Positions 18,582-27,174 of a DNA stretch of 32,000 nt are shown here, one piece after another; positions within the stretch are counted from its first letter, which is position 1, and each line of letters starts with the position of its first letter. The DNA lies in assembly GCF_000012345.1 (NCBI RefSeq), contig NC_007205.1, positions 690,001 through 722,000 on the forward strand. Reading direction: 5' to 3'. Under the pieces are notes generated by a model. The model was not told the DNA's origin. It was given only the letters and a program-made list of their open reading frames with translations, and did not search any database. Origin of the DNA: Candidatus Pelagibacter ubique HTCC1062 (GTDB lineage: Bacteria > Pseudomonadota > Alphaproteobacteria > Pelagibacterales > Pelagibacteraceae). A program made the position numbers and the translations under genes.

Positions 18582-19915
18582 AATACTTTTTCATTATCTA
18601 GCCAGCTAACATTAAAGTCTGACTCAATAAATTTTTTATGATTTAGTAAAATTTTATGAAGAGGTATCGTTGTTGTTATTCCTTCAATGACAAATTCATC
18701 TAAAGATCGATTCATTCTTTGTATTGCTTCAGTTCTATTTCTTCCGTGTGTGATAACTTTACAAATCATACTATCGTAAAATGGTGTAACTTTATAACCT
18801 TGAAAAATTGCACCATCTACTCTTGTTCTAAAACCTGATGGTTGGTGACACATTCCTATAGTTCCAGGAGAAGGTTGAAAATTTTTACTCGCATCCTCTG
18901 CATTAATTCTGCATTCTATTGCATGCCCTCTAGGATTAATGTCACTTTGTTTTAAAGCTGTTTCACCAGTATATGCTATCCAAATTTGCTCTTTAATAAT
19001 ATCAATCCCAGTTACCATTTCAGTTACAGGATGCTCCACTTGAACTCGGGTATTCATTTCTAGAAAATAAAATTTTCCATCTTCATATATAAATTCAACA
19101 GTTCCAGCCCCCTCATAACCAATTTTACTAACCATATTTACAGTTCTTTCAAAAAGATCTTTTCTGATCTGATCTGTTAAAACTGGACTAGGAGTTTCTT
19201 CTATTAATTTTTGATGTCTTCTTTGAACTGAGCAGTCTCTTTCATGTAAATGTACTGTTCTATTTTTTCCAGATAATACCTGAACTTCAATATGTCTTGG
19301 ATTTTGGAAAAATTTCTCAATATAAATTTCATCATTGCCAAAATATTTTTGTGCTTCAGACTTTGCTGTTGAAAATAATGTTTCAAATTCTTCTTCTTTA
19401 CGAACGATTTTCATTCCCTTGCCCCCACCACCGGCGGATGCTTTAATTAGAACTGGAAAGCCTATTTTTTTACAAAGTTCTTTGGCTGTCTTTACGTCTG
19501 TTATTCCGCCTTCAGAACCTTCAATAACAGGTAGACCATGTTCTTTTGCAATTTTTTTTGCTTGAATTTTATCTCCCATCATCTCTATGAGTTTTGAAGA
19601 AGCACCAATAAATTTAATATTATTTTCCTCTAGTACTTTAGCAAAATTTGCATTTTCAGATAAAAAACCATATCCAGGGTGAACTGCTTCTGCTTTTGTA
19701 AGTTCTATTGCTGACATCAAAGCTGGGATATTTAAATAACTATTTGCAGGTTGGTGTGAGCCAATGCATACACTTTCATCCGCCAGTCTTACATGCATAC
19801 TATCTTTATCAACATCAGAATGAACAGCGACAGTTGCTATACCCCATTCTTTGCAAGCTCTTATAACTCTGACTGCAATTTCCCCTCGGTTTGCAATTAG
19901 AATTTTTTTAAACAT
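18578..19915 (-). CDS. accC: Acetyl-CoA carboxylase, biotin carboxylase subunit
   Basis: It contains MFKKILIANRGEIAVRVIRAC, the ATP-grasp glycine-rich loop GGGGKGM, and EMNTRVQVEHPVTE. It is 445 aa long. Confidence 0.96.
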   Translation of the reverse strand: MFKKILIANRGEIAVRVIRACKEWGIATVAVHSDVDKDSMHVRLADESVCIGSHQPANSYLNIPALMSAIELTKAEAVHPGYGFLSENANFAKVLEENNIKFIGASSKLIEMMGDKIQAKKIAKEHGLPVIEGSEGGITDVKTAKELCKKIGFPVLIKASAGGGGKGMKIVRKEEEFETLFSTAKSEAQKYFGNDEIYIEKFFQNPRHIEVQVLSGKNRTVHLHERDCSVQRRHQKLIEETPSPVLTDQIRKDLFERTVNMVSKIGYEGAGTVEFIYEDGKFYFLEMNTRVQVEHPVTEMVTGIDIIKEQIWIAYTGETALKQSDINPRGHAIECRINAEDASKNFQPSPGTIGMCHQPSGFRTRVDGAIFQGYKVTPFYDSMICKVITHGRNRTEAIQRMNRSLDEFVIEGITTTIPLHKILLNHKKFIESDFNVSWLDNEKVF

Positions 19916-20340
19916 TACTCTACGATGATAATAGTTTGGCCGTATTCAACAGGTTGGCCATCTTCTACACAGATTTCTTTTATAATTCCATCTGCTGTTG
20001 ATGGAACATGGTTCATAGTTTTCATAGCCTCAACTATCATAACCGTTTCACCTTTTTTAATTTTTTTACCAACTTCTACAAACTTTTTACCACCAGGTTC
20101 TGCCGCAAGATAAGCTGTGCCAATAATAGGAGATTTAACTTCAGTTCCAGACACAACAGTCGACTTAACTGTATCAAGGGCTGGTGTTGAAGCAGCAACA
20201 CTTACAGTTTGATTTGAACTAGTTGGATTAGATTTTGATACTTTTATCTTAGTATCTTTATCAGTGTATTCAATTTCAGTTAAATTGAATTCATTTAAGT
20301 AGTCAGTTAATTCTTTAATAATGTTTTTATCTATTTTCAT
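19915..20340 (-). CDS. accB: Acetyl-CoA carboxylase biotin carboxyl carrier protein
   Basis: It has the biotinylation motif VEAMKTMN and an Ala/Pro/Ser/Thr-rich linker. It shares a TAATG stop/start overlap with accC. The start at 20340 (MKIDKNIIKEL) is preferred over 20364. Confidence 0.9.
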   Translation of the reverse strand: MKIDKNIIKELTDYLNEFNLTEIEYTDKDTKIKVSKSNPTSSNQTVSVAASTPALDTVKSTVVSGTEVKSPIIGTAYLAAEPGGKKFVEVGKKIKKGETVMIVEAMKTMNHVPSTADGIIKEICVEDGQPVEYGQTIIIVE

Positions 20341-20776
20341 TTTGTAACATGTTTTGCATTGCAATTATGGCTAAAATATAACCATTATCACCTAAACCAA
20401 AAATTCCACCAGTAGCAATATCGCTGATTAAAGATTTGTGTCTAAATTCTTCCCTTTTATATATATTTGATATGTGAAGTTCAATAATTGGTTTTTTATA
20501 AATATCTAAAGCATCCCTGATAGCTACAGATGTATGCGTAAAACCTGCAGCATTAATAATTATACCATCAAATTTACTTTTAGCCTCTTGGATGGTTGTA
20601 ACTATTTCACCTTCTATATTTGACTGGGAAAATTCTAAATTAATATTTAAATCTTTAGCTTTATCTAAACAATTTTCTTTTAACTTATCAAACGTTATTG
20701 ATCCATATTGTGATTGTTCTCTTTCACCTAATAGATTAAGATTAGGACCATTAATAATTATAATATTATTACTCAT
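20327..20776 (-). CDS. aroQ: 3-dehydroquinate dehydratase, type II
   Basis: It contains IIIINGPNLNLLGEREQSQYG and IIINAAGFTHTSVAIRDAL. It belongs to the conserved aroQ-accB-accC operon. The start at 20776 (MSNNIIIINGPNLN) is preferred over 20791. Confidence 0.9.
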   Translation of the reverse strand: MSNNIIIINGPNLNLLGEREQSQYGSITFDKLKENCLDKAKDLNINLEFSQSNIEGEIVTTIQEAKSKFDGIIINAAGFTHTSVAIRDALDIYKKPIIELHISNIYKREEFRHKSLISDIATGGIFGLGDNGYILAIIAMQNMLQNENR

Positions 20777-20792
20777 CAAATTCTTATACATT

Positions 20793-21011
20793 ATGAAAAA
20801 AATAAAAAAAATAAAAATTAAATTAAATGGTAAATTTTCAACAATAAATGAAAATTTATGCCTCTTAATTTTTTTAAAAGAACTAAAAATACCTCTTAAA
20901 AAAGTAGCAATTGAATTAAATCAAGAAATAATAGATAAAAATAATTTAAAAACTATAAAACTAAAAAATAATGACAAAATAGAAATTGTTCATTTTATTG
21001 GAGGTGGATAA
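20793..21011 (+). CDS. thiS: Thiamine biosynthesis sulfur carrier protein ThiS
   Basis: It is a 72-aa ubiquitin-like protein ending in GG (HFIGGG). It lies directly upstream of thiG. The upstream part of ORF 20592-21011 runs antisense to aroQ and is discarded. Confidence 0.8.
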   Translation: MKKIKKIKIKLNGKFSTINENLCLLIFLKELKIPLKKVAIELNQEIIDKNNLKTIKLKNNDKIEIVHFIGGG

Positions 21012-21013
21012 AA

Positions 21014-21787
21014 TTGGTTAACGATAAATTAATAATTGATAAAAAAAAATTTAATTCCAGATTAATAGTTGGAACTGGAAAATATAAAAGTATGGCAGAA
21101 TGTGCAAAAGCTATTAAATTATCTGGAGCAGAAATTGTTACTGTTGCTGTGAGAAGAGTAAACATTTCTGATAAAAAAAAACCTTTATTGATGGACTACA
21201 TTGATCCAAAAAAAATAACTTACTTACCAAACACTGCTGGCTGCTTTAATTCTGAAGAGGCTCTTAGAACATTACGTTTAGCAAGAGAAATTGGTGGATG
21301 GAAACTGGTAAAACTTGAGGTTTTAGGAGATAAAAAAAATTTATTTCCAGATATGATTGAAACATTAAAATCTACAGAAGTTTTAACTAGAGAAGGATTT
21401 AGAGTAATGGTTTACTGTAATGATGATCCTTTAATGGCTAAAAGATTAGAGAATGTAGGAGCTTGTGCAATTATGCCTCTCGCAGCACCCATAGGATCTG
21501 GACTTGGAATTCAAAATACAACAAACATAAAAATAATAAGAAGCCAAACAAAGCTTCCTTTGATAATTGATGCTGGCTTAGGACAAGCGTCAGACGCAGC
21601 TATTGCCATGGAGTTAGGTTGTGATGGAGTGTTGGCTAATACTGCAATCGCTAAAGCTAAAAAACCATTTCAAATGGCATTGGCATTTAAAAATGGAGTA
21701 ATTGCAGGAAGACAATCTTATTTAGCAGGTCGTATAGAAAAATCTATATATGGAAGCGCATCTTCTCCAAAAACTGGAATCATCTAG
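21014..21787 (+). CDS. thiG: Thiazole synthase
   Basis: It starts at a TTG 2 nt after the thiS stop. It contains [18 protein letters not shown] (the Schiff-base Lys region), [10 protein letters not shown] and DAGLG. Confidence 0.93.
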   Translation: MVNDKLIIDKKKFNSRLIVGTGKYKSMAECAKAIKLSGAEIVTVAVRRVNISDKKKPLLMDYIDPKKITYLPNTAGCFNSEEALRTLRLAREIGGWKLVKLEVLGDKKNLFPDMIETLKSTEVLTREGFRVMVYCNDDPLMAKRLENVGACAIMPLAAPIGSGLGIQNTTNIKIIRSQTKLPLIIDAGLGQASDAAIAMELGCDGVLANTAIAKAKKPFQMALAFKNGVIAGRQSYLAGRIEKSIYGSASSPKTGII

Positions 21788-23643
21788 GCTACTGGTTTTT
21801 TAAAAAATTTCTTTTTAAAAAAAGGTTTTTTTTTATAAGGCTTTTTTTTAATAGGACTTTCAAAAGATTTAACTTCTTTTTTTTGCTCTTCTAGGTTTTT
21901 TAACTTTTCTATATGTTGAACTATTTCTATTGTTTTTTTAGTTTTGTTTTGAAGGTCAATTATGTATTCAGGAATAATAAGACTGTTATCTGCAATTATA
22001 TCGATCTTAATTAAGTTTTTTTCTTCAAAATACTTTAAATCTTCAATAAAGTTTTCTTTCATAAAGTCCGATATCTTTTCGCAAATCTTAAGTTCTACAA
22101 ATTTTGCTTTTGTTAAAACAGCTTTAACCTCGACTAATTTAAGAATCTTCATCGCAAAAGACTCATCTGTAAGTGTAACTTTCCATTTTACAGCACTTTC
22201 CCTTAATCTTTGTCTAGACATTTCTAAAAGTCCAAATGTACTAATTCTTCCAATTTGAATTCTTGCCCTATCAGTTCTGCATTGTTCTTTAAGTTTTCTC
22301 TCAACCAACCTTCTATTTCCAAAACTCAACATATCAATAAAATCAATAATAATTAGACCAGACAGATCTCTTATTTTTATTTGTCGAGATATCTCTTCTG
22401 CTGCCTCAAGATTAGTGTCTAAAGCAGTACTTTCTACATTTTTTTGTTTAATAGAGCTTCCTGAATTTATGTCAATTGAAACTAGTGCCTCAGTTGGATT
22501 TATAACTAGGTAACCTCCTGATTTTAGTTTTATTTCTGAGTCATAAATTTGATTTAATTTTTCTTCAATGTTCTCTTTAAAAAATAAAGGAACTTTTTCT
22601 CTATATTTTTTTATTTTTTTTACATGAGAGGGCATCATTAACTTCATAAAGTTTTGGGCTTTTTTGTAACCTTCATTACCTTCAATGACGATACTATTTG
22701 TACTTTCATCATACATATCTCTCAAAGTTCTTTTTATAATATCACTTTCTTGATGGATTAATGATGGAGCTATAGAGTTTAATGCATTTTCTTTAATTTC
22801 ATTCCAAGTTTTAATCAAAGTTTGAAGATCATGATCAATATCATTTTTTGTTTTGTTTGATCCTGCGGTTCTTACAATAAGCCCCATTTCTTTTGGGATA
22901 ACTATATCGTTTAAAATAGTTCTAATTTTTTTTCTTTCTCCTGGGTTAAATATTTTACGAGATATGCCACCACCTTTTGGTGTATTGGGCATTAGTACAA
23001 TATATTTACCTGCTATAGAAATAAAAGTACTCAACGCAGCACCTTTTTGTCCTCTTTCATCTTTTAAAACTTGTATTAAAATTACTTGGTTAGGTTTTAT
23101 AACTTCTTGAATCTTATATCTTTTAGATCTAAATCTTGTTTCAGGTTTTCTACCATGTAGTACAGGCGAAGGTTGTTCTTTATCTTCATCTACTTGAGTG
23201 GTATCTGTAATTGGAGTATCACTCCCTTCTGTTATCTGATCATTTGTTTCAAATTCAGACTCAAGTTTTACTTCAACTGGATCATTAATATTAAGATTAC
23301 CCTCGTTAATATTCTTTTGTTCTTCTAGCTCACTTTTTTTTAATAGTTCTTCTCTGGCTTTTTCTTCTTCTTCTTTTATTTTTGCTAAATCACTCTGAGG
23401 TATTTGATAATAGTCAGATTGAATATCGTTAAAGGATAGAAAACCGTGTCTATCTCTTCCAAAATCAATAAATGCAGCTTGTAAAGATGGCTCTACTCGG
23501 CTTACCTTGCCAAGGTAGATATTATTTTTTATTAAATTGTTTTTTAAGCCTTCGTACTCGTAGTCTTCAATGTTTTCACCTGACTTAAGTACAACTCTTG
23601 TTTCATTTGGATGCGAAGCATCAATGTATAAATTTTTTTCCAT
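21784..23643 (-). CDS. rne: Ribonuclease E/G family endoribonuclease (compact form)
   Basis: It has an S1 region ([21 protein letters not shown]), a DNase-I-like core ([18 protein letters not shown]) and [10 protein letters not shown]. An acidic insert interrupts the S1 region. It is 619 aa long and has no long C-terminal scaffold. Confidence 0.85.
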   Translation of the reverse strand: MEKNLYIDASHPNETRVVLKSGENIEDYEYEGLKNNLIKNNIYLGKVSRVEPSLQAAFIDFGRDRHGFLSFNDIQSDYYQIPQSDLAKIKEEEEKAREELLKKSELEEQKNINEGNLNINDPVEVKLESEFETNDQITEGSDTPITDTTQVDEDKEQPSPVLHGRKPETRFRSKRYKIQEVIKPNQVILIQVLKDERGQKGAALSTFISIAGKYIVLMPNTPKGGGISRKIFNPGERKKIRTILNDIVIPKEMGLIVRTAGSNKTKNDIDHDLQTLIKTWNEIKENALNSIAPSLIHQESDIIKRTLRDMYDESTNSIVIEGNEGYKKAQNFMKLMMPSHVKKIKKYREKVPLFFKENIEEKLNQIYDSEIKLKSGGYLVINPTEALVSIDINSGSSIKQKNVESTALDTNLEAAEEISRQIKIRDLSGLIIIDFIDMLSFGNRRLVERKLKEQCRTDRARIQIGRISTFGLLEMSRQRLRESAVKWKVTLTDESFAMKILKLVEVKAVLTKAKFVELKICEKISDFMKENFIEDLKYFEEKNLIKIDIIADNSLIIPEYIIDLQNKTKKTIEIVQHIEKLKNLEEQKKEVKSFESPIKKKPYKKKPFFKKKFFKKPVA

Positions 23644-23745
23644 ATATTTTTGATTAATTGTTTCATTTTATATTTAAATAATTTTAAATTTTGTTTGAAT
23701 TCTGATGCCTTAACTTTAACAAATTCTTATATATATTAAACTAAA

Positions 23746-26079
23746 ATGCATCGAATAATTAAAAATATATTTATAGTAGTTTTAAGTGTTGGTTTGTTAT
23801 CTGCATTTTCTGTATTAGCTGTTTTGTGGGCTTTTTCTAACAATTTACCAGATTATAAATTCCTCAAAAATTATAAACCATCAGTTTCTAGTAAAGTTTA
23901 CTCAGGGGATGGTGAGTTGGTGAATGATTTTTCATCAGAAAAACGAATATTTGTACCCTACAAATCAATATCAGAAAAAGTGATTAATGCTTTCTTATCT
24001 GCAGAAGATAAAAATTTCTATTCACATCCAGGAGTAGATGCCAAAGGAGTGTTAAGAGCAATAATTAATAACATTTCCAATGTAGTTGCATCAAGAAGAT
24101 TGGAAGGTGCATCAACAATAACTCAACAAGTGGCAAAAAATTTTTTATTAACAAACGAAGTAAGTTTAAATAGAAAAATTAAAGAGGCAATTCTTGCCTT
24201 TAGAATAGAAAGAGCTCTTTCAAAAGAAAGAATATTAGAACTATACTTAAATCAAATATATCTGGGTGAAGGTACTTATGGCGTTGCATCTGCTAGCTTA
24301 GAATATTTTGACAAATCAATTAGTGAATTGAATTATGAAGAAGCAGCTTTATTAGCAGCTCTGCCAAAGGCTCCAAGTAGATATAACCCGTATAAAAATA
24401 TAGAACTCGCAAAATTTAGAAGAGATCTCGTTATAAACAATTTGTTTGAAAATAATTATATAAGCAAACAAAATCAAAAAGAACTTTTGTCAAAAAAAAT
24501 AATATTAAAAAAAAGAAAAAAAATATTTACAGAAGATACGAGTTACTACGTAGAAGATATTAGAAAAAATGTGGTTGAAAAATTAGGATTTGATAAAGTT
24601 TACAAACAAGGATTAAATATAAGTACACCTATTAATATTAGCTTGCAAAAAATTGCAACTGACTCATTGAGACAAGGTCTTATTGAATACGATAAACGAA
24701 AAGGGTGGCGTGGTCCATTGACTAATGTTAAAAATTTAGAAAAATGGAATAAAGATTTAGATAAATTTAGATTAGAAAGATCAATTAATTGGGATTTAGC
24801 AATAGTTAAAAAGATAGATAAATTTTCAATAGAAATTGAAACGGAATATGAAAAAAAAGGAATTATTAAGTACGAAAACATCTCGTGGATAAAAAAAGAT
24901 TTTGATGAAATATTAAAAATTGGGGATGTTATTTATACTGAAAACATAAATAAAAATATATTTGCCTTAAGGCAACTGCCAGAAGTTAATGGAGGGATTG
25001 TTGTTATGGACCCTTTTACTGGACGGGTATTAGCTCTAAGCGGAGGATTTAGCTTTAAAAAAAGTGAATTTAATAGAGCCACACAAGCACTAAGACAGCC
25101 AGGTTCTGCTTTCAAACCTTTTGTTTATGCTTTAGCTCTTGAGAATGGATATACACCATCAACTTTAATTCTAGATGCACCACTAGTTTTAGAGCAAGGA
25201 TCTGATTTAAAAATGTGGAAACCTGAAAACTACGGTAAAAAATTTTATGGACCATCAACACTTAGAATGGGGTTAGAAAAATCTAGAAACTTGATGACTG
25301 TCAGAATTGCACAAGATCTTGGAGTTAAAAAAATTGTTAATTTTTCAAAAAAACTTGGTATTTATGAAAATCCCAGCGAGCTTTTATCAATTTCATTAGG
25401 CTCTGCAGAGACAACTTTATTGAAACTAACATCTGCATACTCTTCATTTATTAATGGAGGAAAATTAGTTAAACCAATAATGATAGATAGAATTCAAGAC
25501 AGTGAAGGGATTACAATTTTTAATAATGAAATGAGAGAGTGTATAAATTGTGATCAAATATCTCACTTAAGTAACAATTATCCAAATATAAAGGACAGTT
25601 TTGAGCAAATATTTTCGCCAGAAACAGCATATCAAATGACCTCGATATTGGAGGGAACTGTTCAAAATGGGACAGGAAAAAATTTAAAAGATTTAAATTT
25701 GGATTTGGCTGGAAAAACAGGCACAACAAATGGAAATACAGATACATGGTTTATAGGATTTACTTCAAAATTAGTAATAGGAGTTTATGTAGGTTCAGAT
25801 AATCCAAGATCACTTGGAAGGTATGAAACAGGAGCAAAAACAGCATTACCAATTTTTAAAAGTTTTGTAAAAAAAGCTGTAAAAAAAGAAGATGCAAGAC
25901 CGTTTAAAGTTGCAAAAAATATTTTAATGAAAGTTATTGATCCTGTTACAGGAGAAAAAGCTGAAATTGGTACAAGAAGAACAATTATTGAAGCTTATAA
26001 AGAAGTGAAAGTAGAAAATTTATCAAATAAAGATATTAATAATAGATTAAAAAATAATAATATATTAAGGTTCTACTAA
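23746..26079 (+). CDS. mrcA: Bifunctional class A penicillin-binding protein (PBP1A type)
   Basis: It has an N-terminal TM anchor, GT51 motifs (EDKNFYSHPGVD, GASTITQQ, RKIKE) and transpeptidase motifs (GSAFKPF SxxK, KTGTT). Confidence 0.9.
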   Translation: MHRIIKNIFIVVLSVGLLSAFSVLAVLWAFSNNLPDYKFLKNYKPSVSSKVYSGDGELVNDFSSEKRIFVPYKSISEKVINAFLSAEDKNFYSHPGVDAKGVLRAIINNISNVVASRRLEGASTITQQVAKNFLLTNEVSLNRKIKEAILAFRIERALSKERILELYLNQIYLGEGTYGVASASLEYFDKSISELNYEEAALLAALPKAPSRYNPYKNIELAKFRRDLVINNLFENNYISKQNQKELLSKKIILKKRKKIFTEDTSYYVEDIRKNVVEKLGFDKVYKQGLNISTPINISLQKIATDSLRQGLIEYDKRKGWRGPLTNVKNLEKWNKDLDKFRLERSINWDLAIVKKIDKFSIEIETEYEKKGIIKYENISWIKKDFDEILKIGDVIYTENINKNIFALRQLPEVNGGIVVMDPFTGRVLALSGGFSFKKSEFNRATQALRQPGSAFKPFVYALALENGYTPSTLILDAPLVLEQGSDLKMWKPENYGKKFYGPSTLRMGLEKSRNLMTVRIAQDLGVKKIVNFSKKLGIYENPSELLSISLGSAETTLLKLTSAYSSFINGGKLVKPIMIDRIQDSEGITIFNNEMRECINCDQISHLSNNYPNIKDSFEQIFSPETAYQMTSILEGTVQNGTGKNLKDLNLDLAGKTGTTNGNTDTWFIGFTSKLVIGVYVGSDNPRSLGRYETGAKTALPIFKSFVKKAVKKEDARPFKVAKNILMKVIDPVTGEKAEIGTRRTIIEAYKEVKVENLSNKDINNRLKNNNILRFY

Positions 26080-27174
26080 TGGACAACGAATATTTAAATT
26101 ACAAATCTGAAATAGAAAAAATCAATCAAAGAGTTAAGGAGTACCTTTGAAAAAAACGATATTCATAAAAAATTAGAAAAGAATAACCAAAAAATATTAG
26201 AAGCTAATTTTTGGCAAGATAAAGCAAATTCTCAGAAAGTTATTAAAGAAAAAAAATTATATGAAGAATTAATAAATTCATATGAAAATTCATCTAAATC
26301 AATAATTGATCTTGATGAATTGAACGAACTTGCTTTAGAAGAAAAAAATCAATCTGTCATAAACGAAGTTCTTGAGAGTATTAAAAATTTAAAAAAATTA
26401 GCTAAAAAAAATGAAACTAAATGTTTTTTGTCAAATGAAACTGACAGTTTAGATTGCTATATAGAAATTCATGCCGGTGCTGGTGGAACAGAGAGCCAGG
26501 ATTGGGCAGAAATGTTAAGAAGAATGTATTTAAAATGGTCAGATATTAAGAATTTTAAATCAGAATTAATTAGTGAACATAAGGGAGAGGAAGCAGGCAT
26601 AAAATCATCAACTATTAAAATTGAGGGTGATTATGTTTTTGGATGGTTAAAAGCTGAGTCAGGAATTCATAGGTTGGTTAGAATATCTCCTTTTGATTCT
26701 GGAGCTAGACGACACACTAGTTTTGCAAGTATCTGGATTTATCCAGTCGTAGATGAAAATATTGAAATAGAAATTAATGAAAAAGATTTACGTATTGACA
26801 CCTATCGATCAAGTGGAGCAGGAGGGCAGCATGTGAATACTACAGATAGTGCGGTAAGAATAACCCATCTACCTTCTAAAATAGTAGTTCAATGTCAAAA
26901 TGAAAGATCACAACATAAAAATAAAGATACCTGTATGAATATGCTTAAGGCAAGACTATATGATTTTGAATTAAAAAAAAAAGAACAAGAAAGCCAAACA
27001 GTAGAGTCTTCCAAGTCAGAAATTGGCTGGGGTCATCAAATTAGATCTTATGTACTTCACCCATACAGAATGGTAAAAGATAATAGAACTAACTTTGAAA
27101 GCTCAAATCCTGATAAAGTCTTAGACGGTGAGATTGATGATTTTTTAGAAAGTTCGTTATATAAAGTGAAATAA
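26079..27174 (+). CDS. prfB: Peptide chain release factor 2, expressed via a programmed +1 frameshift: join(26079..26147, 26149..27174)
   Basis: Frame 0 runs from the ATG at 26079 (TAATG overlap with the mrcA stop) for 23 codons to CTT TGA at 26145-26150. The +1 frame is open from 26149 and continues into the ORF-track product at 26320-27174. That product carries the SPF tripeptide (RISPFDS) and GGQ (GAGGQHVN). The combined length is about 364 aa, normal for RF2. Confidence 0.9.
26136..26151 (+). promoter_or_regulatory. prfB +1 ribosomal frameshift cassette: internal SD-like AAGGAG, 3-nt spacer, CTT TGA slippery/stop site
   Basis: The sequence AAGGAG TAC CTT TGA A has the same layout as the E. 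coli prfB site AGGGGG TAT CTT TGA C. Confidence 0.85.

Noticed and set aside
20592-20792. An N-terminal extension that would make thiS a 139-aa protein.
   Set aside because: The extension is antisense to the conserved aroQ coding region and has no ThiS-like sequence. The internal ATG at 20793 gives a canonical roughly 72-aa ThiS ending in GG.
23644-23745. A 102-nt gap between rne and mrcA, considered as a possible small RNA, tRNA or rne autoregulatory leader.
   Set aside because: It is very AT-rich with no GC-rich stems and no tRNA-like arms. It is far shorter than the E. coli rne leader. The simplest reading is a shared divergent promoter region.
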